In this document: piece after piece, positions 25,137 to 37,191 of the stretch
Layout of the letters: the number at the start of each line of letters is the position of its first letter
Numbering within the stretch: the first letter of the stretch is position 1
From: Raillietiella orientalis
Taxonomy: Eukaryota
Reading direction: 5' to 3'
Length of the DNA: 64,000 bases
Assembly (NCBI GenBank): GCA_036172245.1
Contig: JAYWIR010000012.1
Location: 1,798,001-1,862,000, forward strand
Program-made: the position numbers and the translations under genes
Notes under the pieces: model-generated
Told to the model about the DNA's origin: nothing
Databases searched by the model: none
What the model saw: only the letters and a program-made list of their open reading frames with translations

Positions 25137-27909
25137 TCTTCCACTCTGTGGATTATGAGGGGAAGGGGGACCTTGGGTATTGACTTTGCCTCGAGGCCGC
25201 TCCATCACCGCTTCATCATTCCTCTCACAAAGACATTTCCGTTTTCCAAGTTGGGTCGCGTTCCATTGGGTCCTCCGTGCGCCGCTGCCTGACGCCGGCG
25301 TGGGTTGTGGGTCCGCGGTGGGTAAAGTACCTAAGTGAGTGCCTGTGAATGGTGAGTTCAAGACGCGCAATCCAAGGAATTCTCTTCCTCGACATCCCGG
25401 ATTCCCGCACTTTACGTCATAAGACTTGAATCGCTTCCAGGAAGCGCAGGACGGAAATCCCGCTTTTTTCGCATTGGGACGGAGCCACCTGAATGCGATC
25501 AAAATAATTCAAGTTCTCGGGAACCGGGAAGAGCCTTTAGGATATCGCGGACCAGAAGAGGAAAGTTCCCCTGGAAAGGGTCTGAGGAGAAAGGGGTGGA
25601 ACTCGCATCCGGGGGCGCGGAGCGGAAATGCTGGATGAGAAAGCAGCCACGGAAAGGAAGCACGGGAGTGAGCGAGGTTTCTCTCCCGGAGGGGGCACTT
25701 GTGCATTTAGCCGGAAACCCCACTCGTCTCGCCTTGGTCCCAGAGGTCGCGGGGGTTTCTTGGAAATTAACGGTCTCTTCCGCGGCTGAGGACCCTCTCC
25801 GCGATGGGTTTCCTGAGGACGGTAAGCAGCTGCGTGCAAGGAGGAGGGTCTCTCACGCTCCCAAGCCCCTCCCCTTTTTTTTTCTTTACCTCTGCACACG
25901 CATGAACAGGTGGGAGTGTTTTTCCTAGGTTGGCAATAATCCCAGGGATCAAAGGATCTCCTTCCCGGACTCCCCCCCAGGCGCGAAGTTCGCGCTCCTT
26001 GACGAAGGGAGCGCACTCGAACTTTGGAGACAGCAACCAGCCCGGAAACCTGCCAAAGCCACCCTCTGTTCTTCGAGGTCCACGCCGCCAGAAGCTCGGA
26101 ATTCCCACGGCGACTGTGGTCGATGGCAGTGGTAAAAACCCCATCTCCCCGTCACCACCTCATGCTCCTCGGTCACCTCCTAACTTGTCACGAGCCCGCA
26201 GATGGGGACACTCCTAATTCCTAAGGACAAGGAAGGCATCGCGCGGCGCCGTTCTCTTCCACCAAAGAGTGAGGGAGGCGCGGATAGAGCGAAAGAATGG
26301 GAAGAGAAATGGAATGGTGCTTCTACCAGGAGAGCTCCGTTCCTCGAGAGTTAGTGGTCCACAGGTGGGCAGAACATCCTCAAGCAGGCTCTCAGGAAAG
26401 GAGACAAAAGGGGTCGAGCGTCGAGCAAATTTTTCCACCCTCCCCCGTCCTCCGCATCACGCAGACCGAAACTGAGGAACGTCGGATTCCTTCAAGGAGC
26501 ACGGGGCAATCTGCCCCTGAAGGAGATAATGAATCGAGTCTCGAAAACGAGTGCTCTGCGACGCCCACGTGTTCCAGCGCGTGGAGCCTCCTTTCAGCAA
26601 CGGATCTCGCACCGTCTTGCTCTGCTCCATGGAACAGCAAGAGGGAACGCCTTCTCAGAAATCCAAAAAAGAAAAAAGAGTGGGGGGTTCTCTAGAGCCC
26701 AAAGTCGAACCATTGCATCTCGTGGGTGGCTTCCTCGTAGTGTTGAGGCAGACACCTGAGTTACCTCTTGTGGCAGAAAGTAAGGCTGCCGAGGTCTCTC
26801 ATAGACCTCTTATCGTCTTTCTCAGCAGCATTCGAATTTTCCATCGCGCGTCCGCATCTTCGCAAATGAAGCCCCCGGCACGCCCCGCGAAGGCCCTTTG
26901 AGTTTCGGGTCTCCCTCGGAGCACTTCGAGTGCTCTGTCTGCTCTCATCGGAATGAATGGAATCTCATGAGAATAGAAGCTGCACCACCTTCCGGGAGAA
27001 CCTCCTCAGGTAGGACCGCCTTCTTCCATCAGTGCGGCGCGCCGCTCGGGGCGAGACATGCGGAGCTCGCGGGAAGTGAGCGGCCACGAGGCATGCCGTC
27101 GACGGCTCACCGAAAGGCAGGCCGCCATCCCTTTCCTTTCCTTTCCCTGTCCCTCGAGAGATGGCGCTGGCGTGCGCCGACTGGCACGCCGGAAAGCAGC
27201 CGGGCGGCAGACGAGTGCACACGCAGATGTAGTGTCGGGGGGGAAACCGGTCGGGAAGGCGATCCGCGTCGACCGGAGGCCAAGGACATCGCCGCATCCA
27301 TCCGCACGCCCGCACGCACTCACGCGGGCGTGCGGATGCGACGCCACCGCCGGGAAGCTGGATTGGGGAGCTCGGAACGACGCGGGGAGGCTGGCGCCAA
27401 GGAGCGCTCGGTGCTTGGCCGGACACGACGGCGCCGCAGAGCACCCCATGGAAAGTCTGGCCTCATGCAGCAAGAAGGAAGGGAGTGGTGCGGGGTTCGA
27501 GCTGGCGCCTGCGCAAACTCGGGCGAGGGCGGCGGGAGCGTGCGACGGTTGGCCGCGTGGTTAAGGCGCGTGCGCGTCGTGGGAGCCCCCTGGCGGCAGG
27601 GTAAGGCGGGAGCTCCTGCCGCCCGCTCCGCGTATCCCTGGCATCCATGGGGATGCTCCTTCTTGCTCAGAGTCATCCAAACTGCAGAGGGTTTTCCCTC
27701 ATGACCAGCTCAGATCTTCCTCCCTTCGGACTTGCCTCCTTGCTGACACCTGCGAAGGAAGCAGCTGCAACTGCTTCCTTCGCAGGATGAGGAAGGATGC
27801 AGCTGCCAATCAAAGTCATGAAGCTGGTTACCTCTTGCACTCTGTAGAGGAATGGTCCAAACTGAGAAGTGGTGCAGAAGGGTCACTGCAACAAAGGCTT
27901 GGTCCGATC

Positions 27910-28195
27910 CATTTCCTTCTCCTCCCTTCCTTTTCCTCCCTTCCTCCTCCTCCTTTCCCCCTCTCCCCTTCCTCCTCCTCCTTTCCCCCTCTTCCCTTCC
28001 TCCTCTTCCTCCTCGCCCTTCTCGACTCGACCCTTAAGAGTCACAGCTGTTCCACCAGTTACTTTTTTGCTTGATTGGTTGGTCCTCTCTTCCCAATCTT
28101 CACTCCTTCCCTAGCCTTGCCCCCCCTGGGGCCTTGAGACTCTTTCCTATTTCAGAGAATAGGTGTTGTGGCACATCTGGGATGAAGTGTTCCAG
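27910..28195 (+). repeat. unclassified A-(pyrimidine tract)-B repeat: tract + B block
   Basis: ttttttgcttgattggttggtcctctcttccca...cactccttccctagccttgcccc is the reverse complement of the matching part of 24763-24945. Confidence 0.8.
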
Positions 28196-30749
28196 CTTCT
28201 GGAGATGGTCTGAAGCTCATTCAAGGCACAGCAGGGAGTGAAGGGCGCAGCCCTCGCGCCTTCCGCTCTTCCGAGACAATGGGGAGGAGTGGAATGAGGA
28301 CAACCCGGGTCCTCCACGGATCCAAGGCATCCCCTTCCTCGAAAGACGGTTTTTCCACTGGGAGCTCCCTCCCTCTTCTCGACTTAGCGGTCCTGCCGCT
28401 TTGCATCTTGCTTCTGCGTTTCTCCAGACTGCACGACGTCTGCACTCAGTGCCCCAGACTTCGAAGACGGAGGGCAAGGCGAAGGAGCACTAGAGGTCAC
28501 GGGGAGAGAGAGAAAAAAAAAACGGGTGTCGAGGGAAGAAACCCGTCGGCTGCAGCTCTGAGGGTATCGAGGAAACGGATCCGTATGGTGGCGGATTTGC
28601 CCTTGGGGCCGCGCGCTGTTTACAGAGGACTCCGAGCTGGGATAGGAAGCCATGAGACAACGCGCGTAGACAGCAGCACGCTTTGGGCCTCGGACGGGGT
28701 CTGAGGGAATGGCTGGAAACTCTGACCTGACCCCGTGCTCAGAACGAAAAGCGAGGTCCATCCGTCGCACTGGGACGCTGCACGGGTGTTGTGTAAAAAA
28801 AGCTCCACGCAAGAAGGGGGACGAAGGAGCTGTCCGCCCTCTCCACCTGCAGAGGGAAGCCAGCTGCAGCGAGAGGATCCCTGGGAGAGGGGTTGAGACC
28901 TGAAGGACGACGGGGTGCTTAGAGAAATCGGAGCTTCCCTTGAGCCGGAAGAGAACCTGAAGGCAGCGTGCATCCAGTATGCAGCAGCAGCACAGCCGAG
29001 GAGGACGCCGCGCTGTGGGTCACAGAGGACAAGGTGGATGGACGAGCAAGCTCGCTGGGCAGGACGGAAGATCGAGGAACGCCCACCAACGGCCCTTCTG
29101 ACCTAAAGTCCGCAGGGGGCGCACAGACCCGCAGCGAAGTGCTAGCTCATCCGCTAGATGGCAGGGGCGCGAGTCACGTCGGGAAAATCCGCCAGAGAGC
29201 TCCTTCGGCACGGCCGGCTTTCGCGCTGATGTGTGCCAATGCCAGCTTCCACCGGCCCCTCCCCTTCGAGCGCCACCCAGAGATGAGAAATCTGGACTAG
29301 AGGCTCTCCGCACGAGCGTGTCGATGCCGTCGGCCGGCAGCAGGATACCTGGACTCCCCGGGATCGGTCTCGGTCCGCCGGATCGGGTTCCGCAGCTCTT
29401 CGGAGGGGTGGAAGAGCCTTCCTGCTTCCTCCTGACCCCGAGTAAGGTCGTCCGTGACCGGGAAAAAAAGGGGTCCGTGAGAAGGAAGGCGAGGAGGAGG
29501 GCATCGTCCCCCGGGGAGATCGAGGAAGCCATCTGGCCGTCCTTGGGAGCTGTTTCGAGTCCCGGGAGACCGCGACGGCGTCCTCACACGCCTCCGGGGA
29601 CGAGGCCATTGCGCCGCGTGCCAACGAAGGGAGACCAGAAGAGCACGTCATCGCGCTCCAGAAGGCGCGGAAGGCGACCTCCCCTTCCGCCTTTTGAAGC
29701 TTTGTCATCGTCATAACCCCGGGAAACGAGGCCACGAAGACGGAAGCGTCTCGTGACGCCCTTCCGATACTACGGGGACCTCCCGCACCGACAGCCTCCG
29801 GGGCTCGAAACAGAGGACCACAAGTGGGGGGGGATCTTAAGAAAGCTCCCGATTACGCGGAGGCTTGGGTCTCTGGAGAGGGTGGGCCCCCGATGCCCTT
29901 TTTCTGAGAGCGCTCCTCACTGGCAGCCCCGCTCGGTGCCCTCCCGAGCGACGATCCCTCGACCGGGCCTTCCCATCCCCCTGGGGCAACTCAGCAGAGC
30001 TAGCGCGCGCGCGTTTCCCAGGTAACGTACGAGACCCGGGCAGTGGGAGAGAAGGAAGAAGGCGAGGGCGACCTCTCTTTCGCGAGCCGGGCGCTGCCCC
30101 TCAGGAGAGAGTGTTTGCAGGTCACTTCACTCCCTGGCCTGCGGCGGGGGGGCTCGCGAGGGCGAAGCCGCGTTTTCTTTGAGACTCGCTGCTTCACAAA
30201 CCGCTCTCGCGCCGGCAACCGGGAGGAGGGGTTAATGTCTCGGAGGATGACCAGGTGACTCTCCGCCACCTTCCTTCGGGAGGAGAGAGCCTGAACATCT
30301 CAAATGGCGTCTCTCGCAACCTTGTCGGGTCCGAAGGGGCACCTCGGCGAGTTCTTCGCTCGCTGAAGTGACTTTAGACCCCAGAGCATCTTCCCCGATG
30401 CCGAGAAAAGTTGAGAAGGGGGACGGTCTCCTTCCCGGGACCCCGGGTTCTGCAGTCCCAACCTCTCATCGATGCCCTACGAAAGTGCATTCGTCCAACC
30501 CTGCCGCCGTGGGTGTGGGGAGGTCGGGCATCCCTATTGTTTCTCCCTCGTTTGCTTAACCCCCACGCGAAGACAAGGCGGAGACCCAGCAGGAGCAGCA
30601 GCACAGGTTCCCTCTCCCTTCTTCGTCCATCCCCCTGCCCCACACATTCAGCACCAGCGCTCTCCTCCCTTTTTTTCTTTTTTGTTCGGGACAGAGGTGA
30701 GAGGAGTCTGTTTGCAGGGAGGGATGGGCGGCGAAAGCCAGGAACGTCG

Positions 30750-30842
30750 TCAGAGGAGGCTGCGCTCCTCTCGGATCTTCTGGATGCGCAGGATCTCGTT
30801 CTGCATCTGCGCCACGACGCGGTCCACGATGACCTCCGGCTC
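30750..30842 (-). CDS. terminal exon of putative type I membrane protein gene
   Basis: ttccag|GAG acceptor; EPEVIVDRVVAQMQNEILRIQKIREERSLL*; nearly all codons end in G/C. Confidence 0.65.
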   Translation of the reverse strand, partial: EPEVIVDRVVAQMQNEILRIQKIREERSLL

Positions 30843-31056
30843 CTGGAACGCCCAAAGGCTGCATCTCCTGCAGCGTCGACGCGGAGCGCGCGTGACCGAG
30901 GGGGAAGGGAGGAGGAGGAGTCAAGGACTGGGAAGAGGTCCCGCCTCTTGCCCGCTCCAGACGGGGGTGGAGGTCAATTATCGCTCCTTTTCCCTTCCCT
31001 CCTCTGTCGTGCGTCTCCACAAGGCTTAGCGAGCCTCAGCGCGAGGGGGGACCCAC

Positions 31057-31182
31057 CGTGGGCCCCATGGGGGCACTGGCGTCGAAGTCCTCCAGCTTGC
31101 CCAGGGACAGGATGCTTTCCCGCCTCCACACCGACACCACCCGGATGAAGTACTCGCACGCCTTGTCCAGCTCTCCCGCCAG
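31057..31182 (-). CDS. internal exon of putative type I membrane protein gene
   Basis: ttttag|...|gtgggt, phase 0-0, 42 codons LAGELDKACEYFIRVVSVWRRESILSLGKLEDFDASAPMGPT; strong GC3 bias. Confidence 0.65.
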
Positions 31183-32453
31183 CTAAAAGGTCACACGTGG
31201 CGAAGTCATCCGGAGGAGGCAGGAACCCCCCGCTCCCTGGGTGAGAGGCACTTCCCACTCTTCTTCCTCTCCCCCAGTGCCAGAGGCCCCCTGCTCTCCG
31301 TAGCGGCGGCGCACCTCGTTGCCACGACGACGTTTCCAGTTCCCCGGGGGCGGGCGAGACCTGCCCGCCATCGCCGCTCCGAGCGCCGGTGCTCCCTCGC
31401 AGCCTCCCCACCTCCGAGATGGGACTCTTCCCCCCTCCCTTGTTCCTTGAGACACCTACTTTTTCCGGGAAGGAGTGTCCTTTCTTCCCGTATCCCACCG
31501 AGCGCTACCGGGACGGTCTCCCAGGGAGATAGTTGCTCTCCTGGCTTCTCTAAAGAGGGCTCCTTGGGAAGGGGCGCCTAGCAAAGGAAGGTGTACGGGA
31601 CCGCTCGACTCTCGACAGGGAGCGTCCGAAGGGGAGGTCCGTGAGACCCCTTCGCCCGCTCGTCAGCCTCGCGGACCCGCCTTTGCCTCTTTGAAGAGCT
31701 CTGCGAGTTCCTGGGGAGGAGGGAGGCGGACGAAGTTCAGGGAGGGTTCCCAGTGGAGAGGCAGACTGCCCCTTTCTTGCTGTGCAGGTGCGCGCGCACA
31801 CATCCAGTTCGAAGCCACCGGCCGCTCCCCACGGGAGGTGTCAGGGCCGAGGTGTGCCTCTTTCTTCCCTCCGTTGCTTCCTTTCCCGGTCCCGGTCCCA
31901 CCCGAAGCGCGGCTGGTCCGAGGAAGGGCTGGGCGTCAGGCCACCTCTCTTGCCCATGCTCCTCTCCCTCTAACGGGCCGGGCTGAGCGTGCAGTCCATC
32001 TGAGGAAGTGTAGCCACTCAGCAGATCTGTAGCCCTTTCTCTCCCAGTTGTCGTTCATCCCGGCCGTCGCTGCCGGGTAGTTCCTGCGGTTTCCGTCGCT
32101 CTCCCTCCCTCGGCCGTTGTCTGGCAACTCCCTCAGGTGCTGCCCTCTTGACTCTTTTTGCCGCTGCTGCCTTCGTCCCTGCGGGGTGTTGCTTTTTCTT
32201 CCGCCAGTGCCGCTGCTACGGAGGGGCCTGACAGGAGGAGCGGCTTTCGACTCCCTGCGGTGGTAGAGGAACACGTCGCACCCCCTTCTTCCCCGGCGGG
32301 CAGTCCCTCCACCGGCGGCTCCTTCTAGAGCGCTCCCTCCCCTCCCAGACCCTTTTTCCGGCTTCCCTCCCCTATAAGGGAACACCTAACAGCTCTTCCC
32401 CCCTTCGGCTCTTGAGCCCCTCGGTCTCCGCAAGCCAGCAGACGGCCCCGGAC

Positions 32454-32788
32454 CTGCATTTCCTCAGGCCCATAGGGCAGGAACTCCTCCGACTCAAAAT
32501 TTTCAAGCCCTTTCCCCCTGACTTCTCGCTGGAGACCCACGAGCCCTGGGGGAAGGGGGAGTGAGGAAGCTGACGCTGCGCTCCCGCACGCGAAAGGCAA
32601 GAGCGCATGACGAAGTCATCTACCTCGTCCAGCCGGCAGCGGACCAGCTCGTCCTCCAGCAAGTTGCTCGCCTTCCGGACGGCCAGCTGGGCCTTTCCGC
32701 GGCTGCTTTCCTTCCACCTTTCCACCAAGGTGGCACAGAGCTCGTGACCGGCGGAGACCCCCTTCATGGACTTCTTAAGGGCCTGATT
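32454..32788 (-). CDS. two internal exons (32788-32590, 32545-32454) separated by a 44-nt intron
   Basis: tttttag|NQALKKSMKG...KAQLAVRKASNLLEDELVRCRLDEVDDFVMRSCLS joins in phase 1 to RLVGLQREVRGKGLENFESEEFLPYGPEEMQ. An alternative donor at 32623 is possible. Confidence 0.55.
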
Positions 32789-33100
32789 CTAAAAATAGCA
32801 TGCCCTCAGGGGCAGAGGGGAGGAAGGGTCAAGGGTGAATAGGTACGCGAGAGAGACAGAAACGCCGAAGCAGGCCTGACTGACACGATCCAGCCCCATC
32901 TCCCACCCGCCTGCCCCAAAGGACGAAGTTTTCTCCGGAGGTCACTCGGAGGTCGGGATCTGGCGCCAGCCTCCTCCTTCCCCGTCCGACCTTAGGAGGA
33001 GGAGGAAGAGAAAATCCATCCCTCGTGGGTCCGCCCTTCGACGACTCCGCGTCTTCAGAAGCTGCGGTGGCAACCGGGAAGAGGTAATGGGAGAACCCAC

Positions 33101-33286
33101 CCTCCCGAGAGGAAAAGAGAGAGCGCGACACCCCCCGAGGTAGGTAGCTCCTTCGAGAGGATGCGTCTTGAGCAGGCACCGCCTTCCCGCCATTTCCATC
33201 TGCTTGCTCGTGTTTCCGCGGCCGTCCCGGAAAGGGTCGGAAAGGAACCGCGCGGAGGACATGGCCCGAGACGGGTCGCTCCGATC
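33101..33286 (-). CDS. candidate internal exon of same gene
   Basis: ctgac...ccccag| acceptor and |gtgggt donor, 186 nt, phase 0-0, open frame DRSDPSRAMSSARFLSDPF... Confidence 0.4.
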
Positions 33287-33888
33287 CTGGGGTGCAGCGG
33301 TCAGTGAGAAGGGGGAGGACGACGACGCTCCAGGACACGTAGGGCGTGCACGGCTCGCAGGACTCTAGCCTTCGCTCCTTGCACCATCCCGACTTCCTCC
33401 CTCTACACGATCCTATCTTCGTGCTCTACCTGACCCCAGTTCTCCTTGACCTCGACTTGCCGGGACGACCAGGGCAAGCAAAAAGCATTAAAATGGCGCC
33501 GGAGAAATGGGGCGGGATGCACGGCAGCATTCAGAACCTCTCCTCATCCAACCAACAAACTCTCAGCGCTTCCCAGCCGACCTCTCTTCGTCCTGACCTC
33601 CCCTGTCCCCTCACCCCAACACTCCTTCCGGCCATCCTTCCACCAGGGTTTCATGTTTCCCTACCCATCAAGAACTCCCCCAACCCCTCCTCAACAGCGC
33701 CCTCTGGTCACTTTCCCTCAAAGAGGGAGGGGGCCAAGTCGCGACGGGGAATTCCCCCGGGAGCGAGAGCGAGAAAGAGAAAGGGAAGAAAAGGGACACC
33801 TATTTCGAGACCGCAAGCGCAGCGAAGATGGGAGCGAGCCCCATGGGGCGGCGTGGGTCACTTGCGGGCAGGGAGGAGAGGGCCTCAC

Positions 33889-34656
33889 CTCCAGAAAGAA
33901 GTAGAGGGCGGTGGGGATCAGCAGGACGACGAGGAGGATGGAGACGACCTGCTTCCAAGTGGCACAGCTCGTCTCTTCCCGGGAGGAAGGATTCGAAGTC
34001 GCCAAGGATGCTGCATTGGCACCACGCACCGACGCCTCTGGGTCGCGGCGCCTCGTTCCCCACCCGGATCCACCAATCTCTCCTGGCGTCACTTCGGTTA
34101 GGGAGATCACCGCTTCCGGCGCCTCGGGCCGAAGGGAGGGGGACGGGGAGAGACCCCGAGCTTCAAAGGTCGCCTCGCAGTGAGGCTTCCTCCGGCGCAG
34201 CGACCTCCCCCTCTTCCGGAAGACGGGCGGAGCCGGTGGGGAGCCTCCCAGGACGAGGGAGGCCAGTAGGCGCTCCGAGACCTCCGCGATCCTGCCGGAG
34301 ACGTACGGGACGGAGCACCAAAGCAGCCGCGCCGCCTCTGCCACGGACACGTCCCCGTCGTCGTCCTCCTTGCGGCGGCCGCCCCCTTCCGCCTCCGGCG
34401 ACGGTGGGGACTCTTCCCATACGGCGGTGGTGGTGCCGTTGGAGACGGCGGCGGAGGCGACCTGTTGCTCCCGCTGCACATCCTGGGGAGCGGACGCCCC
34501 CACGGACTTCCTTCCTGGTCCCTCCTCCGCCTCCTCCTCCTCACCTCCTGCGCCCGACGGTGGAGGGCCGGACGATCCTACCCCTGCCGCCACCTCCACC
34601 ACCACCACCACCAGCAGTAGCACCACGCAGCGGCAGACCGACTCCTTTATGCCCAT
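33889..34656 (-). CDS. first coding exon of putative type I membrane protein (signal peptide, low-complexity ectodomain, TM helix)
   Basis: MGIKESVCRCVVLLLVVVVVEVAAG is signal-like. VVSILLVVLLIPTALYFFL is a TM-like stretch, followed directly by a gag|gtgagg donor (phase 0). 256 codons; hidden short in-frame introns not excluded. Confidence 0.65.
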
Positions 34657-36078
34657 TGACAGCCACCCTCGACCACGGTGCGGAAACGCGCGCATGCATC
34701 GAACGCAGGGCCGTACGCATTTCGAACAGCGGCCCCCGACAATGCCCTTACCACTGCGATTCCCATTGTTGCCCTTGCTCACCCTGCTCTTGGCTGCCTT
34801 CTGCTTTCGCTTTCGGATGCTTCCCGCCGCGTCGCTTCCACAGGAGAACCCTCCCCTCCCCCTTCCCTTCGGAGAGAGGTACGGGCGAGGGGAGGAGGCA
34901 CCGTCCTCGCTAGCAAAGCTCGCGCTCGCCAACGCTTCTCTCCGCCGCCCGCCTGCCACGCCTAGGAGAAATACGCAGCTCCAGCTCGAGGAGAAGGGCG
35001 GAGGTTGGCGCTCTCGGGATGGAAGGTGGGTGCAGCGGATGGCCGTGTACCCACCCTCCATCTTCGCCCCCCACCCTATCCCAATCGTTCCTTCCTGAAC
35101 CACTCTCCATTCGCGCCCTAGCTGACGTCATTCTTCTCCCACTAAGCGACCCCATCTTCCCCATACAAACCTCATCCTTCCCCCCTACACCACCCCAGCT
35201 CACTCCTTAGAACTTTCAACCTTCCTCCCTTCATGATCCCAACTTTCTTCCCAGCGACCTCATCTTTCCGTAAAACCCCATCTTCATCTGAATCTTCCTT
35301 CCGGAAACCACCTCAGCTTCACATTGCGCTCAGCCTTTATCTTCTCTCCCTTTACACCTGCATTCCCCCATCTCCCTCCCCTGCCTTCTCTTCTCTTTTC
35401 TTCCTGCTAGGAAAGGTCGCAAGGATAAGCTCGCCAGTACGCGCGCGCGGCATTTTACTCTCTCCCTCCTCCTTCAGACGAGCTGTGGCAACGGGAGGGT
35501 CCGTTGCTACAGCCCACCCGAAGGACCAACTCTTCTTTCTATAATGAGTGGTTGCCGTGCTACCAAAAAAACACCAGAAGAAAGAAACCGAAAGGAAAGA
35601 AAGGCGGCGACCACCGAAAATTCGTAGTTGGCGAGAGCTGGTTGTTGGCTCCAGCACCCTGCAAATTCCACCATCCCGGGAAGCCCGGCGCGCCTCCCGC
35701 AACGCCACACTGCTGCTCGTCACCCCTAGTTGCGTTTCCCTAGTTGTTGTTTGTTCGTTTTCGCTCGGGTTCCCCTCGGTTTCCGACTCCCTTCCTCCTC
35801 ACTGCCCCCTCCTCACCTCCCCCGCGTGTGCGCGAGCTCACGCTCCCACCAGACCTCCTTTCACGCCCTCCTCTGCGACTCCCTCCCCACCCGCCAGCAA
35901 GCCTCGGCGTACAAGCAGATGATAAAGCAGCAACAGCAGCAGCAGCAGCGCCCTGGACACGCCGTCGTCGTCGCACCCCCTTCTCCCGGGCAGGACGCTG
36001 CCCCTGTCGCGTCTGCCTAAGCGCGACAGGCATGCGCGGCAGCACCAGCAGCAGCAGCCACGCCCGCCCCCCCAGACC
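34657..36078. promoter_or_regulatory. putative bidirectional promoter / 5' UTR region
   Basis: ~1.4 kb between two divergent start codons; CpG-rich, with pyrimidine tracts and a (CAG)n run at ~35927-35949. Inferred from gene arrangement only. Confidence 0.45.
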
Positions 36079-36963
36079 ATGGTCCATGACGCTATCTCGG
36101 AGGAGAAGGCCCTGGAGAAGAGGGGCTACGTGCTGGGGGAGAAACTGGGCAAGGGCTCATTCGCCGTGGTCCGGATGGCCAAGTACATGAACGAGGGCAA
36201 GGAACTGACGCTGGCGTGCAAGGTCATCGAGAAGAGCAAGGCTCCCAGGAAGTTCTTCGAGAAGTTCTATCCCCGGGAGCTGAACATAATCGCCCAGATC
36301 AGCCACGCCAACGTCATCTGCCACCACAGCGTGCTGGAGCGCGGCGACAAGATCTTCATCTTCATGAGGTACGCTGAGAACGGGGACCTGCTGGACTACA
36401 TCAAGACGTACGGCCATGTGACCGAGAACCACGCCCGAATGTGGTTCCGGCAGACGCACGCGGGCCTGCACTACCTCCACTCGATGAACATCGCCCACCG
36501 CGACCTCAAGTGCGAAAACCTCCTGCTGACCAAGAGCTACAACATAAAGCTGGCCGATTTCGGCTTCGCTCGCAGCTGCGTGGACGCGTCTGGCAAGAGG
36601 CTCCTTAGCGACACCTTTTGCGGGTCCGCGGCCTACGCAGCTCCCGAGGTCATCCGCGGCACGCCCTACAACCCCATGATGGCTGACGTCTGGTCCCTCG
36701 GCGTCATCCTCTTCGTCATGATCAACGCCGGCATGCCATTCAGTGACTCCAATCTCAAGAAGCTGCTCAAGGACCAGCTGAGCAGCAACTGGTCCCACCG
36801 GAAGTGCGTGGAGGAGGTCATGTCGCAGCCACTGAAGGACCTCGTGAACCGCATGCTGGAGCCCGACGTCACCCGCCGGATGACCGTGGAGAGGGTTCTC
36901 AACCACGAGTGGGTCAGGAACGAGCGCAAGACGAGCGACAAGAGCATCGCCTACCGGACGTGA
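36079..36963 (+). CDS. TSSK: testis-specific serine/threonine kinase family protein, intronless, 294 aa
   Basis: accATGG start; complete kinase domain with GKGSFAVV, ACK, HRDLKCENLLL (KCEN is typical of TSSKs), DFGFAR, LSDTFCGSAAYAAPEV, DVWSLGVILF. Paralog number not assigned. Confidence 0.95.
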   Translation: MVHDAISEEKALEKRGYVLGEKLGKGSFAVVRMAKYMNEGKELTLACKVIEKSKAPRKFFEKFYPRELNIIAQISHANVICHHSVLERGDKIFIFMRYAENGDLLDYIKTYGHVTENHARMWFRQTHAGLHYLHSMNIAHRDLKCENLLLTKSYNIKLADFGFARSCVDASGKRLLSDTFCGSAAYAAPEVIRGTPYNPMMADVWSLGVILFVMINAGMPFSDSNLKKLLKDQLSSNWSHRKCVEEVMSQPLKDLVNRMLEPDVTRRMTVERVLNHEWVRNERKTSDKSIAYRT

Positions 36964-37185
36964 ACACGGACGCCGGCGGCGGCGACGACCACCCCGCACG
37001 CGCGTGGAGCGCGCGCACCAGCGCGCCTCCCCCACTGGATCTCCATCTCTGCGCCCGCCGCCGCCGTCCAGATGCACGGCGCGGCGACCGGCCCCGGGCA
37101 ACCCATCCGGCGCCAGCGCGCACAACCTGAGCCCGTTTCTGACCGGTTCCTCCATCCCAACCTGCCCTGCCCGAAAAAGAGAGTG

Positions 37186-37191
37186 AATAAA
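37186..37191 (+). terminator. polyadenylation signal of TSSK
   Basis: AATAAA ~220 nt after the stop, in otherwise GC-rich sequence. Confidence 0.65.
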
